DNA from: Gammaproteobacteria bacterium
GTDB taxonomy: Bacteria; Pseudomonadota; Gammaproteobacteria; RBG-16-57-12
NCBI GenBank assembly: GCA_021647245.1
Contig: JAKIVC010000002.1
Span: forward strand, 64,184 to 128,183
Reading direction: 5' to 3'
DNA length: 64,000 nt
The notes under the pieces are model-generated. The model was not told where the DNA came from. It saw only the letters and a list, made by a program, of their open reading frames with translations, and made no database searches. Below are positions 9,441 to 18,597 of this stretch, in pieces (position 1 is the first letter of the stretch; each line of letters starts with the position of its first letter). Made by a program: the position numbers and the translations under genes.

Positions 9441-10016
9441 ATGAACACAACAGACTCCTTAAAAAACAACCTTTTGATTGCCATGCCCGGTATGGAGGAT
9501 GGCAATTTCTCCAAAACGGTTACCTATATTTGTGAACATACAGACGATGGCGCAATGGGCTTGATTCTCAGTATTCCCCTCGATATTACTTTCCGCCAAG
9601 TGGTAGGGCAGGTGGATAAAACCTTGTCACAGCGTGAAATGGACAAGTGCATCGATGATATCCCGGTCTATCTGGGTGGCCCGGTAGAGCCTGAACACGG
9701 CTTTGTTTTGCATACACCACAGGGGGAGTGGAGTGCTTCTCTGAAATTGACAGATGACCTCATGTTAACCACTTCCAGCGATATTATCAGTGCCATTGCC
9801 ACCGGTGAGGGGCCTGATCAATACTTGGTGATGCTAGGTTACGCGGGTTGGGGTGGTGAACAGCTGGAGCATGAAATGGCGCAAAATGCCTGGCTCAATG
9901 TGCCGGCAGATATGGCCCCGCTATGGGGCGAGCCAGCGGAGAAGCGTTGGCAGAAAGCGGCCGCTTTGCTGGGTGTGGATTTGAGCCGCCTCTCTCCGGA
10001 TGTCGGGCATGCCTGA
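9441..10016 (+). CDS. YqgE/AlgH family protein
   Basis: 191 aa with the family pattern LLIAMPGMEDGNFSKTVTYICEH..GAMGLI..GGPV. It is syntenic with ruvX. Confidence 0.85.
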   Translation: MNTTDSLKNNLLIAMPGMEDGNFSKTVTYICEHTDDGAMGLILSIPLDITFRQVVGQVDKTLSQREMDKCIDDIPVYLGGPVEPEHGFVLHTPQGEWSASLKLTDDLMLTTSSDIISAIATGEGPDQYLVMLGYAGWGGEQLEHEMAQNAWLNVPADMAPLWGEPAEKRWQKAAALLGVDLSRLSPDVGHA

Positions 10017-10422
10017 GTCAACAGTGTTGGGGTTCGACTATGGCCGCCGCCGCATTGGCGTGGCTGTTGGCCAGACAATTACTCATACCAGCTCACCCCT
10101 GGCGACCATTCAGGCGGATCAGGGGAAGCCTGATTGGCACGCGGTACAGGCTCTGATCAATGAGTGGCAGCCGACAGTCTTTGTGGTAGGGATGCCGAAA
10201 AATATGGATGGCTCAGCACATCAGTTGACGGCGACGATTACCCGTTTTGGTAATCAGTTGCATGGGCGTTATGGCTTGCCGGTTCACTATATTGATGAGC
10301 GGTTGAGTTCCCGTGAGGCTGAGCGTAGCTTGATGCCGGGACAGGCCAAAAAGGATAAAGGCGTGATCGATCGGGTCGCCGCGCAACTCATATTACAAAC
10401 CTGGCTGGATCAAGAGAGATGA
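10000..10422 (+). CDS. ruvX: putative pre-16S rRNA nuclease / Holliday junction resolvase-like YqgF
   Basis: 140 aa with [16 protein letters not shown] at the N-terminus. An alternative ATG at 10009 overlaps the upstream stop. Confidence 0.9.
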   Translation: MSGMPESTVLGFDYGRRRIGVAVGQTITHTSSPLATIQADQGKPDWHAVQALINEWQPTVFVVGMPKNMDGSAHQLTATITRFGNQLHGRYGLPVHYIDERLSSREAERSLMPGQAKKDKGVIDRVAAQLILQTWLDQER

Positions 10423-10925
10423 GAGAAAATTTTGAGGTAACCACCCTGCTAGTGCAGATGGGCGAACAACTACAGGCACTCCTGAAGAAAAACGGGATTA
10501 GCGAAGCCAAGATGATTGGGATATACAGTGGTGGCGTCTGGGTAGCAGAACCACTGCACCGGCAGCTGGGTCTGGAGAGTCCGCTGGGTTGCCTCAACAT
10601 CTCCTTCTACCGGGATGACTTCACCCAGGTGGGCATGCACCCCGAGGTAAAGCCTTCGAACTTGCCTTTCGGCATCGATGGTGAAAACCTGATTTTGGTG
10701 GATGATGTTCTCTATACCGGACGAACGATTCGAGCCGCGTTGAACGAGATATTTGATTATGGCCGACCCGCATCGGTAACCTTAGTGGTGTTGGCGGATC
10801 GAAATGGCCGTGAGCTACCCATTCAGGCCGATGTGGTGGGCGTTAAGCTTGATCTGGACAGTCATGAACAGGTTAAGTTGAGTGGCCCCCAAAAACTCTC
10901 CCTGAATATTATCGAGTCCTTATGA
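10419..10925 (+). CDS. pyrR: bifunctional pyrimidine operon regulator / uracil phosphoribosyltransferase PyrR
   Basis: 168 aa with the PRTase motif [18 protein letters not shown]. It lies upstream of pyrB. Confidence 0.9.
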   Translation: MRENFEVTTLLVQMGEQLQALLKKNGISEAKMIGIYSGGVWVAEPLHRQLGLESPLGCLNISFYRDDFTQVGMHPEVKPSNLPFGIDGENLILVDDVLYTGRTIRAALNEIFDYGRPASVTLVVLADRNGRELPIQADVVGVKLDLDSHEQVKLSGPQKLSLNIIESL

Positions 10926-11902
10926 GTAGACGAAATATACAGCTGGATGAGCAACAGAAACTGCGCCACTTCATTGCCGTGGAGGGGTTGAAGCGACAGA
11001 TGCTGGTGGATATTCTTGATAGTGCAGAAAACTTTCTCGGACTCGGTGCACGCAAGGCAAAAAAAGTACCGCTGCTGCGGGGGAAAACCGTAGCCAATCT
11101 CTTTTTTGAAGCCAGTACCCGCACCCGCAGTACCTTTGAGCTGGCCGCACAGCGACTCTCTGCGGATCTACTGAGTATGGATATTAAAACCTCAGCTACC
11201 AGCAAAGGAGAGAGCCTGCTGGATATGTTGCAAAATCTGGAGGCGATGGGCGTGGATATGTTTATTGTGCGTCATGCTAGCAGTGGCGCGGCCCGCTTTA
11301 TTGCCGAACATGTGGCTCCCCATGTCAGCGTGATCAATGCTGGAGATGGTTGTCATGCCCATCCCACACAGGGAATGTTGGATATGTTTACTATTCGTCA
11401 GCAAAAGGGCGAGTTTGCGCCACTGACCGTGGCTATCGTGGGGGATATTTTGCACTCGCGGGTAGCGCGATCACAGATTCATGCACTGACCACCCTTGGG
11501 GTCACCGAAGTGCGGGTGGTCGCGCCGCGAACCCTGATCCCTGCGGATGTGGAGAGATTAGGGGTGCATGTTCATCATGAAATGGAGAGTGGCATTGAAA
11601 ATGCGGATGTAATCATTATGTTGCGCCTGCAAAAAGAGCGTATGCAGGGTGGGTTTCTACCCAGTGAAGCGGAATATTTCAAGCGCTATGGTTTGACCGA
11701 GGCACGTTTGAAGCTTGCAAAGCCTGACGTGACCGTGATGCACCCCGGGCCGATTAACCGTGGTGTCGAGATCGCCTCGGAGGTGGCTGATGGTCATCAT
11801 TCGGTTATCTTGCAGCAGGTTACCAATGGTATCGCCATTCGCATGGCGGTGATGTCGATGACTCTGGGGCGACCCACCTCTGCTGCGGGGGTAGCCAAAT
11901 GA
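10922..11902 (+). CDS. pyrB: aspartate carbamoyltransferase catalytic subunit
   Basis: 326 aa with the motifs [13 protein letters not shown] and HPGP. It overlaps pyrR and pyrC' by 4 nt each. Confidence 0.95.
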   Translation: MSRRNIQLDEQQKLRHFIAVEGLKRQMLVDILDSAENFLGLGARKAKKVPLLRGKTVANLFFEASTRTRSTFELAAQRLSADLLSMDIKTSATSKGESLLDMLQNLEAMGVDMFIVRHASSGAARFIAEHVAPHVSVINAGDGCHAHPTQGMLDMFTIRQQKGEFAPLTVAIVGDILHSRVARSQIHALTTLGVTEVRVVAPRTLIPADVERLGVHVHHEMESGIENADVIIMLRLQKERMQGGFLPSEAEYFKRYGLTEARLKLAKPDVTVMHPGPINRGVEIASEVADGHHSVILQQVTNGIAIRMAVMSMTLGRPTSAAGVAK

Positions 11903-13173
11903 AAACCCATATTCAAGGGGGTCGCCTAGTCGATGCTTCACAGGGTATCGACAGCGTTTGTGATCTCTACCTTGCCAATGGCAAGGTGTTGGCGATAGGC
12001 GACCGCCCGGACGGCTTTGAACCGGAGCAGTGCATTGATGCCAGTGGAAAAATTGTCTGCCCAGGCCTGGTGGATATGCAGGTCTACCTGCGTGAACCGG
12101 GTAATAGCCACAAGGGAACCATCGCCAGCGAATCTGCCGCTGCGGTGGCTGGCGGTGTTACCTCGCTCTGCTGTCCACCCGATATCACCTCAGTCACCGA
12201 TACCACTGCGGTTGTAGAGTTGATTCGCTTGAAGGCCGAAAAGGCTGCCAAGGCACATGTCTATGTGATCGGTGCTTTGACAAAAGGGCTTAACGGCGAA
12301 GAGATCAGCGCCATGCAGAGCCTCAAGGAGGCTGGCTGCGTGGGTGTAAGCAATGGCCACTATCCGATTAAAAATAGCCAGGTCATGCGGCGGGCAATGG
12401 AGTATGCCCGCACCATGGATATGACGCTGTTTCTACATGCTGAAGATCCGTGGCTGAGCCAAGGTGGCTGTGCCCATGAAGGTGCGGTGAGTACCCGAAT
12501 GGGTTTGACGGGTATCCCCGCGTGTGCCGAGGAGGTGGAGGTGGCCAAGCTGCTGCAACTGGTTGAAATGACCGGTGCACGGGTTCATTTTAGTCAGCTA
12601 TCCACCACAAAAGCGGTGCGAATGATCAGCCGGGCACAGTTTGAAGGGCTACCTATCAGCGCCGATGTGGCCGCTCATCAACTCCATTTGAGTCATATTG
12701 ATATTGCTGAATTTAACAGCCTTTGCCATGTTCAGCCACCACTGCGTAGTGAGCGTGATCGTGACGGGCTACGTGAAGGTCTAAGAGAGGGGATAATCGG
12801 TGTGATCTGCTCCGATCATCAACCCCACGATAAAGACGCCAAACTTGCCCCCTTTGCTGAGGCAGAACCGGGCATTTCGGCACTGGAGAGCTTGCTCCCC
12901 CTAGCGCTGCGCCTATCTGACTCGGGCATGAGCCTGATGGATATTATTGGCTGCTTGACCACCACGCCAGCCAAAATTTTGGGTATTGCGGCAGGTAGCT
13001 TGGCAGAGGGTTGCTGTGCCGACGTCTGTATTTTTGACCCGCAAGAGTATTGGGTATTGAGTGAGCAAGCGATGGTCAGTCGGGGTAAGAATAATCCATT
13101 TGTTGGTCGGGAGTTAAAAGGGCGAGTGCACTACACCTTGCTGGCCGGTGCGATTGTCTACCACCTAGGCTGA
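11899..13173 (+). CDS. pyrC': dihydroorotase-like protein, probably the non-catalytic PyrC' partner of PyrB
   Basis: 424 aa amidohydrolase fold. The position of the canonical D-x-H-x-H metal motif reads [10 protein letters not shown], with no His pair. That is the situation known for the Pseudomonas PyrC' structural subunit. Confidence 0.8.
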   Translation: MKTHIQGGRLVDASQGIDSVCDLYLANGKVLAIGDRPDGFEPEQCIDASGKIVCPGLVDMQVYLREPGNSHKGTIASESAAAVAGGVTSLCCPPDITSVTDTTAVVELIRLKAEKAAKAHVYVIGALTKGLNGEEISAMQSLKEAGCVGVSNGHYPIKNSQVMRRAMEYARTMDMTLFLHAEDPWLSQGGCAHEGAVSTRMGLTGIPACAEEVEVAKLLQLVEMTGARVHFSQLSTTKAVRMISRAQFEGLPISADVAAHQLHLSHIDIAEFNSLCHVQPPLRSERDRDGLREGLREGIIGVICSDHQPHDKDAKLAPFAEAEPGISALESLLPLALRLSDSGMSLMDIIGCLTTTPAKILGIAAGSLAEGCCADVCIFDPQEYWVLSEQAMVSRGKNNPFVGRELKGRVHYTLLAGAIVYHLG

Positions 13174-13185
13174 TCGGGCAGGCTG

Positions 13186-13770
13186 ATGATTGAGCATATT
13201 AAGAGAGTATCTGCGAGCAACTATCCTGGCGGGTTTACACATTTACGCCTCGTCGCTGAGGGTATTGCAGAGAAGGCTCGGCCGGGGCAGTGGATTATCT
13301 GGGGCAGCCGCACGCTCTACATTATGCGTAGCGACCCTCAAACAGGCTGTATTGAGCTGCTGTTTACCGGTAAAACACCCCACCAAGATAAGATTGAAGG
13401 GCCTGGCGGAGACGCGCCCGTTCTTCCTGAGGTGTGCTTTCGCTCACTGTTGGTGGGTGGCGTTGAGGCGCTAGCGCAGCTGATTTTTTTTGCTGATTCA
13501 CTGCGCAAGCGCCGGAGTCACACCACGCTGTTGCTGCTGCAAGCGACTCAGCCGCTGCCCTTCACGCCCACTCCTTGCCGCATCATGATTCCAGGAATGC
13601 CTGCGGGTGTTATCGCAACCCTGCCGTTACTGAGTGATTGGGGGGTTGCGCTGCGAATCGCCTCTAATGATGGGCTTCCAGGTTGCTATCATGGCAGTGT
13701 GGATGAGCTGGCAGAGCAGTGGTTGAGCGCGCAGCCTCGACCGAGTGAAATTGCGTGTAGTCGGCTATGA
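13186..13770 (+). CDS. hypothetical protein with faint ferredoxin-reductase/PyrK-like layout
   Basis: 194 aa with coding-like codon usage. RPGQWI (barrel-like) and LLVGGVEALAQL (degenerate nucleotide-binding loop) are spaced as in PyrK-type proteins, but there are no Fe-S cysteines. Its stop abuts the convergent pilU stop. Confidence 0.4.
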   Translation: MIEHIKRVSASNYPGGFTHLRLVAEGIAEKARPGQWIIWGSRTLYIMRSDPQTGCIELLFTGKTPHQDKIEGPGGDAPVLPEVCFRSLLVGGVEALAQLIFFADSLRKRRSHTTLLLLQATQPLPFTPTPCRIMIPGMPAGVIATLPLLSDWGVALRIASNDGLPGCYHGSVDELAEQWLSAQPRPSEIACSRL

Positions 13771-14988
13771 CTCATCAGGGTTGAGCAATACGTAATCTGT
13801 CTGCTGCTTTTTTTTGGGTTCTTTCTCTTTAGGCTCACTCTCTGTATCCTCTTGTTGCTGCTCCGTTATGTTCCAGTCGCGCTCGTTTTCATCCCTATCG
13901 CCATCATGGTCAAGCTTAATCATTAAACGTAACTGATTAGCGGAGTCCGCATGGCGCAGCGCATCTTCATAGGTGATATCACCCGCGTCGTAAAGATCAT
14001 AAAGTGCCTGGTCAAAGGTCTGCATACCCCTATTTTTGGATTTCCCCATCACCTCTTTTATTTTGGCAATCTCACCTTTTTGAATGAGATCCGAGACGAA
14101 GGGTGTGCCGATCAGAATCTCCAGAGCGGCGCACCGACTATTGCCATCAACGCGGGTAATCAGCTGCTGGGCGATGATTGCTTTTAGGTTGAGTGAAAGA
14201 TCCAGCAGTATCTGCTCACGCCGCTCAAAGGGGAAGAAGTTGATAATGCGCTCGAGTGACTGGTTGGCATTATTAGCATGTAGCGTAGCGAGGCAGAGGT
14301 GCCCAGTTTCAGCAAAGGTAAGCGCGTGCTCCATGGTTTCGCGGGTACGAATTTCACCAATCAAAATAACATCGGGTGCTTGTCGCAGGGTGTTTTTAAG
14401 TGCGATGCCATAGCTTTCAGTATCAACACCCACTTCGCGCTGGGTGATGATACAGCCATCGTGTTGGTGAATATATTCGATGGGATCCTCAATGGAGATG
14501 ATATGACCATGCGAGTTACGGTTGCGGTGGCCGATCATGGCAGCCAGTGAGGTGGATTTTCCTGAGCCGGTTCCACCCACCACTAAAATTAAGCCACGCT
14601 TCTCCATTACCATCTCATTGAGCTGAAGAGGAAGCTTGAGCGCTTCTATTGTTGGAATTACCGTCTCAATCTTGCGTAACACCATGCCGATTTTCTGTTT
14701 TTGACAGAAGACACTGACACGAAAGCGCCCGACATTAGGTCGGTGGATGGCAAAGTTAGCCTCCTGTGTCTCATCAAACTGGCGGCGTTGCTCTGCATTC
14801 ATTACGCTATAGACCACATCCGTGGCCTGCTGCTGGCTGAGTGGGTTGGGTGAGACTGGGACATTTCGACCATTGATTTTTAGCGTGGGTGGCAAGTCTG
14901 CGGATACAAACATATCCGAGGCTTGTCTGCGCATCATCAGCTTGAGCAGGTAGTCAAAATTTTCAATCGATTGGGTGTTTTTTGTCAC
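13765..14988 (-). CDS. pilU: type IV pilus retraction-type ATPase PilU
   Basis: PilT/PilU family with Walker A GGTGSGKST, Asp box and His box. I place the start at GTG 14988, preceded by AAGGA and overlapping the pilT stop (TAGTG). The ORF-track ATG at 15072 lies inside pilT. Confidence 0.9.
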   Translation of the reverse strand: MTKNTQSIENFDYLLKLMMRRQASDMFVSADLPPTLKINGRNVPVSPNPLSQQQATDVVYSVMNAEQRRQFDETQEANFAIHRPNVGRFRVSVFCQKQKIGMVLRKIETVIPTIEALKLPLQLNEMVMEKRGLILVVGGTGSGKSTSLAAMIGHRNRNSHGHIISIEDPIEYIHQHDGCIITQREVGVDTESYGIALKNTLRQAPDVILIGEIRTRETMEHALTFAETGHLCLATLHANNANQSLERIINFFPFERREQILLDLSLNLKAIIAQQLITRVDGNSRCAALEILIGTPFVSDLIQKGEIAKIKEVMGKSKNRGMQTFDQALYDLYDAGDITYEDALRHADSANQLRLMIKLDHDGDRDENERDWNITEQQQEDTESEPKEKEPKKKQQTDYVLLNPDES

Positions 14989-16025
14989 TAGCGGAATAGA
15001 TCCTTGTTGACGGCTTTTGTGGCAGCATCCTGCTTGCTGACCAAACCTTTTTGTACCAGGTTTTGTAGGCACTGATCCAGTGTTTGCATGCCAATCGCCT
15101 GGCTGGTTTGAAGTACCGAGTACATCTGCGGCACCTTCGCTTCGCGAATAAGATTACGAATTGCGGGCGTACCAATCATTATTTCGTGGGCCGCTATGCG
15201 CCCGCCACCCATCTTTTTCAGCAGTGATTGGGAGATAACCGCTTGCAGTGACTCAGAGAGCATCGCCCGCACCATCTCTTTTTCACCACCAGGAAAGACA
15301 TCGATAATCCGGTCGATGGTTTTCGCCGCTGAGCTGGTGTGGAGCGTGCCAAATACCAAGTGCCCGGTTTCAGCGGCTGAAAGCGCTAAACCGATGGTTT
15401 CAGGGTCACGCATTTCACCCACCAGAATAACATCAGGGTCTTCACGTAGCGCAGAGCGCAGTGACTCGGAAAAGCCAAGGGTGTCGCGATGAACTTCGCG
15501 TTGATTGATGAGGCATTTTTTTGATTCGTGCACAAATTCTATCGGGTCTTCAATGGTTAGAATATGGCCAAACTCATTCTCATTTTTGTCATTTACCATG
15601 GCGGCGAGGGTGGTGGATTTACCCGAGCCGGTAGGGCCCGTTACCAGCACCAGGCCGCGTGGATATTGTGCAATCCTCTTGAATATTTCGGGGGCACCCA
15701 GATCGTCCAGCGTGAGTATTTTTGAAGGGATGGTTCGGAATACCGCACCGGCTCCCCGGTTTTGATTGAAAGCATTGACACGAAAACGCGCTAAGTTGGG
15801 TATTTCGAAGGAGAAATCAGTCTCAAAGAACTCCTCGAAATCTTTGCGCTGTTTATCATTCATGATGTCATAAATCAGGCTCTGCACCGTTTTGTGGTCG
15901 AGTGCTGGCACATTAATTCGGCGAATATCACCGTCAACACGAATCATCGGCGGCTCACCCGCAGAGAGGTGTAGATCAGATGCGTTATTTTTCACACCAA
16001 AAGCGAGCAGTTCTGTAATGTCCAT
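14988..16025 (-). CDS. pilT: type IV pilus twitching motility ATPase PilT
   Basis: 345 aa with MDITELLAFGVKNNASDLHL, Walker A GPTGSGKST and AHEIMIGTPAIRNLIRE. Confidence 0.95.
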   Translation of the reverse strand: MDITELLAFGVKNNASDLHLSAGEPPMIRVDGDIRRINVPALDHKTVQSLIYDIMNDKQRKDFEEFFETDFSFEIPNLARFRVNAFNQNRGAGAVFRTIPSKILTLDDLGAPEIFKRIAQYPRGLVLVTGPTGSGKSTTLAAMVNDKNENEFGHILTIEDPIEFVHESKKCLINQREVHRDTLGFSESLRSALREDPDVILVGEMRDPETIGLALSAAETGHLVFGTLHTSSAAKTIDRIIDVFPGGEKEMVRAMLSESLQAVISQSLLKKMGGGRIAAHEIMIGTPAIRNLIREAKVPQMYSVLQTSQAIGMQTLDQCLQNLVQKGLVSKQDAATKAVNKDLFR

Positions 16026-16183
16026 CTGTTATTCCCAATAATAAATTGTACCGAAGTCATCTTACCACCCTATGGTGTGGGTTGGTAAGCGGTTGATTAT
16101 TTGATGGTTGAGCATTGATTATAGCCGTGTATAGCGGCATTCTAGAAGAAAAACTTAGCCCCTGTAAGGCCTTTGTTCTCATT

Positions 16184-16265
16184 CCCAGATAGGGTCACGC
16201 ATACTGTACAAGCTCTTGATTCCACAGTGAAACCAAACGCTTACACACTAACCTGGGGATGAGGG
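16184..16265 (+). repeat. MITE-like repeat family A, short variant (copy A1)
   Basis: cccagatagggtcacgcatactgtacaagctcttgattccacagtgaaacc..cttacacac..ctggggatgaggg aligns with the ends of the full copies at 41.46 and 50.55 kb. It has one CACAGTGAAA box instead of two. It is intergenic, between pilT and yggS. Confidence 0.7.
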
Positions 16266-16333
16266 CTTTACGTGAAAGGTGGTTTCATCCTGCGGGGTGG
16301 TAGTATGAGGTGTCATATCCAACGGGAGAGGTG

Positions 16334-17044
16334 ATGGTGAGTTCGCGACAAAATCCACTGGCGGAGCGTTATGCGCAGCTGATAATGCGTATTCGGCATG
16401 CCGAGCAACAGGCTGGCCGCTCTGTCGGTTCGGTGCAGCTATTGGCTGTTAGTAAAACGGTGGCCGCTGAGCGGCTGGGTTATGCTGCTCTGCTGGGGCA
16501 ACAGGCGTTTGGTGAGAATTACCTACAAGAGGCGTTGAATAAACAGGTTTTACTTGCCGAGCTTGATCTCCAGTGGCATTTTATTGGGCCGTTGCAATCC
16601 AATAAAAGCCGGGCAGTTGCAGAGAAGTTCAACTGGTTGCACACACTTGATCGGCTAAAATTGGCACGGCGGCTCTCAGCTCAGCGCCCCGAAAATATGC
16701 CACCCTTGAATATCTGCTTGCAAGTGAATATCAGTGGTGAGCCGAGCAAGTCCGGTGTATTACCTGACGAACTCTCACCGCTGGCGGCTGATATTGCCGA
16801 GTTGCCGGGGTTGCAATTGCGGGGTTTGATGGCACTGCCGGCCCCTTGTGATAAGTTTGATGAACAGCGTCGCGTATTTGCCTCAGTACGCAAGCTTTAT
16901 CAGCAGTTGATTGATGAGGGGCACCCGTTGGATACGTTGTCCATGGGAATGTCGGCAGACCTTGAGGCAGCGGTGGCGGAAGGTGCTACCATAGTACGCA
17001 TAGGCAGTGCACTGTTTGGTGCTCGTGATCATAAGATGCAGTAA
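16334..17044 (+). CDS. yggS: YggS family pyridoxal-phosphate homeostasis protein
   Basis: VQLLAVSKT (PLP lysine) and HFIGPLQSNK. I prefer ATG 16334, which follows GGAGAGG, to the GTG 16310 of the ORF track. Confidence 0.9.
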   Translation: MVSSRQNPLAERYAQLIMRIRHAEQQAGRSVGSVQLLAVSKTVAAERLGYAALLGQQAFGENYLQEALNKQVLLAELDLQWHFIGPLQSNKSRAVAEKFNWLHTLDRLKLARRLSAQRPENMPPLNICLQVNISGEPSKSGVLPDELSPLAADIAELPGLQLRGLMALPAPCDKFDEQRRVFASVRKLYQQLIDEGHPLDTLSMGMSADLEAAVAEGATIVRIGSALFGARDHKMQ

Positions 17045-17056
17045 AGGGCTGGGTTT

Positions 17057-17881
17057 ATGGAACAGTGTAAAATTGTTTTTATCGGTGGCGGCAATATGGC
17101 CGGCAGTATTATGGGTGGTTTACTACAGGGTGGCTGCCAGGCAGAAAATATCTATATTTGTGACCCTAACCAAGAGCGGCTGACGGTTCTCCAGCAGCGC
17201 TATGGGGTGAATGTTTCGACCCGTAACGATGACTTTGTGGCGCTGGCGGATCTGTTGGTATTGGCGGTGAAGCCACAAGTGATGCACTCAGTGGTGGAAG
17301 GGATGGCCTCTAAAATAAGAGATGACACGCTACTGGTATCAGTAGTAGCCGGTATTCGTGGAAAGGATATTGAGTCTTGGCTGAAGGGTAATCACGCGAT
17401 TGTTCGTTGTATGCCAAACACACCGGCATTGGTGCAGAGTGGTGCCAGTGGCTTGTACGCAAATAGTCAGGTGAGCGATGCACAGCGTAACCTAGCCGAA
17501 TCCTTAATGCGGTCGGTAGGAATAGTCGTCTGGTTAGACCATGAAGAGCAGATGGATGCGGTAACAGCAGTTTCAGGCAGTGGTCCAGCCTACTTTTTTC
17601 TGGTGATGGAGGCGATGCAAAAGTCGGCAGAAAAACTAGGGCTTACCCCTGAAATGTCACGCCTGCTAACGGTACAGACTGCGCTTGGAGCCGCCAAAAT
17701 GGCGATGGAGAGTGAAGAGGGCGTGGCGGCACTACGGCACCGTGTTACCTCGCCAGGCGGTACCACTGAACAAGCAGTCAATACGTTACAGGCGGGAGGG
17801 GTTGAGGCTGCCTTTGATGATGCACTGCAAGCGGCTTGTCGTCGTTCAAAAGAGCTGGCAGAAATGTTTGGGGGTCGGTAA
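17057..17881 (+). CDS. proC: pyrroline-5-carboxylate reductase
   Basis: 274 aa with IVFIGGGNMAGSI (Rossmann), VRCMPNTPA and VTSPGGTT. Confidence 0.95.
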   Translation: MEQCKIVFIGGGNMAGSIMGGLLQGGCQAENIYICDPNQERLTVLQQRYGVNVSTRNDDFVALADLLVLAVKPQVMHSVVEGMASKIRDDTLLVSVVAGIRGKDIESWLKGNHAIVRCMPNTPALVQSGASGLYANSQVSDAQRNLAESLMRSVGIVVWLDHEEQMDAVTAVSGSGPAYFFLVMEAMQKSAEKLGLTPEMSRLLTVQTALGAAKMAMESEEGVAALRHRVTSPGGTTEQAVNTLQAGGVEAAFDDALQAACRRSKELAEMFGGR

Positions 17882-18468
17882 TGAGTGGCGAATATTTTGG
17901 CGCAGCCTCTATTTTTTTGGTGCGAACCCTGTTTGGACTTTACATCTTAGCGGTACTGCTGCGTTTTTTGTTACAGATGGTGCGTGCTGATTTTTATAAC
18001 CCAATTTGTCAGATTTTAGTTAAAGTGACGGATCCCGCGCTGCGGCCACTACGTCGAGTTATTCCAGGTCTCCTGGGTATCGATATGGCCGCTGTGGTAT
18101 TGCTGCTGCTGTTAAAGACGGCGGAGCTGTTTATCATTCAGCAGCTGGCAGGTGTGGGTGGCAATGTGATGGGTCTGTTTGTGCTGGGTATTGCTCAAAT
18201 GGTTGAGTTGACGCTGAATATTTTTTTCTTCTCGGTATTAGCCCAGGTGATTTTAAGCTGGGTTAATCCAGCTACAAACTATAATCCTGTGGTGGCACTG
18301 CTCCATGCACTGAATGAGCCGTTGATGCGGCCAGCCCGGCGCCTGCTACCCGCCATGTCAGGGCTGGATCTTTCACCGTTGCTGGTGATCATTGTGATAC
18401 AGTTGATAACAATGTTATTGGTGGCGCCACTCAATGATGTTGCACTGCGATTATTATCCGCAGCTTAA
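17881..18468 (+). CDS. yggT: YggT family membrane protein
   Basis: Start at ATG 17881 overlaps the proC stop (TAATG). It has the duplicated YggT pattern (FYNPICQILVKVTDPALRPLRRVIP.. and ..LNEPLMRPARRLLP). Confidence 0.85.
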   Translation: MSGEYFGAASIFLVRTLFGLYILAVLLRFLLQMVRADFYNPICQILVKVTDPALRPLRRVIPGLLGIDMAAVVLLLLLKTAELFIIQQLAGVGGNVMGLFVLGIAQMVELTLNIFFFSVLAQVILSWVNPATNYNPVVALLHALNEPLMRPARRLLPAMSGLDLSPLLVIIVIQLITMLLVAPLNDVALRLLSAA

Positions 18469-18597
18469 TCGCTTGATAGGCCATTATCTGCACGGTAAAA
18501 ATAAATTCTGTTAATACCCAGTAAATACAGACCGATACACTGTGATGTAAATGTAAAAAGGCAACTGGCCTTCTTCCCCAGGCGGATATGGAAAGTG

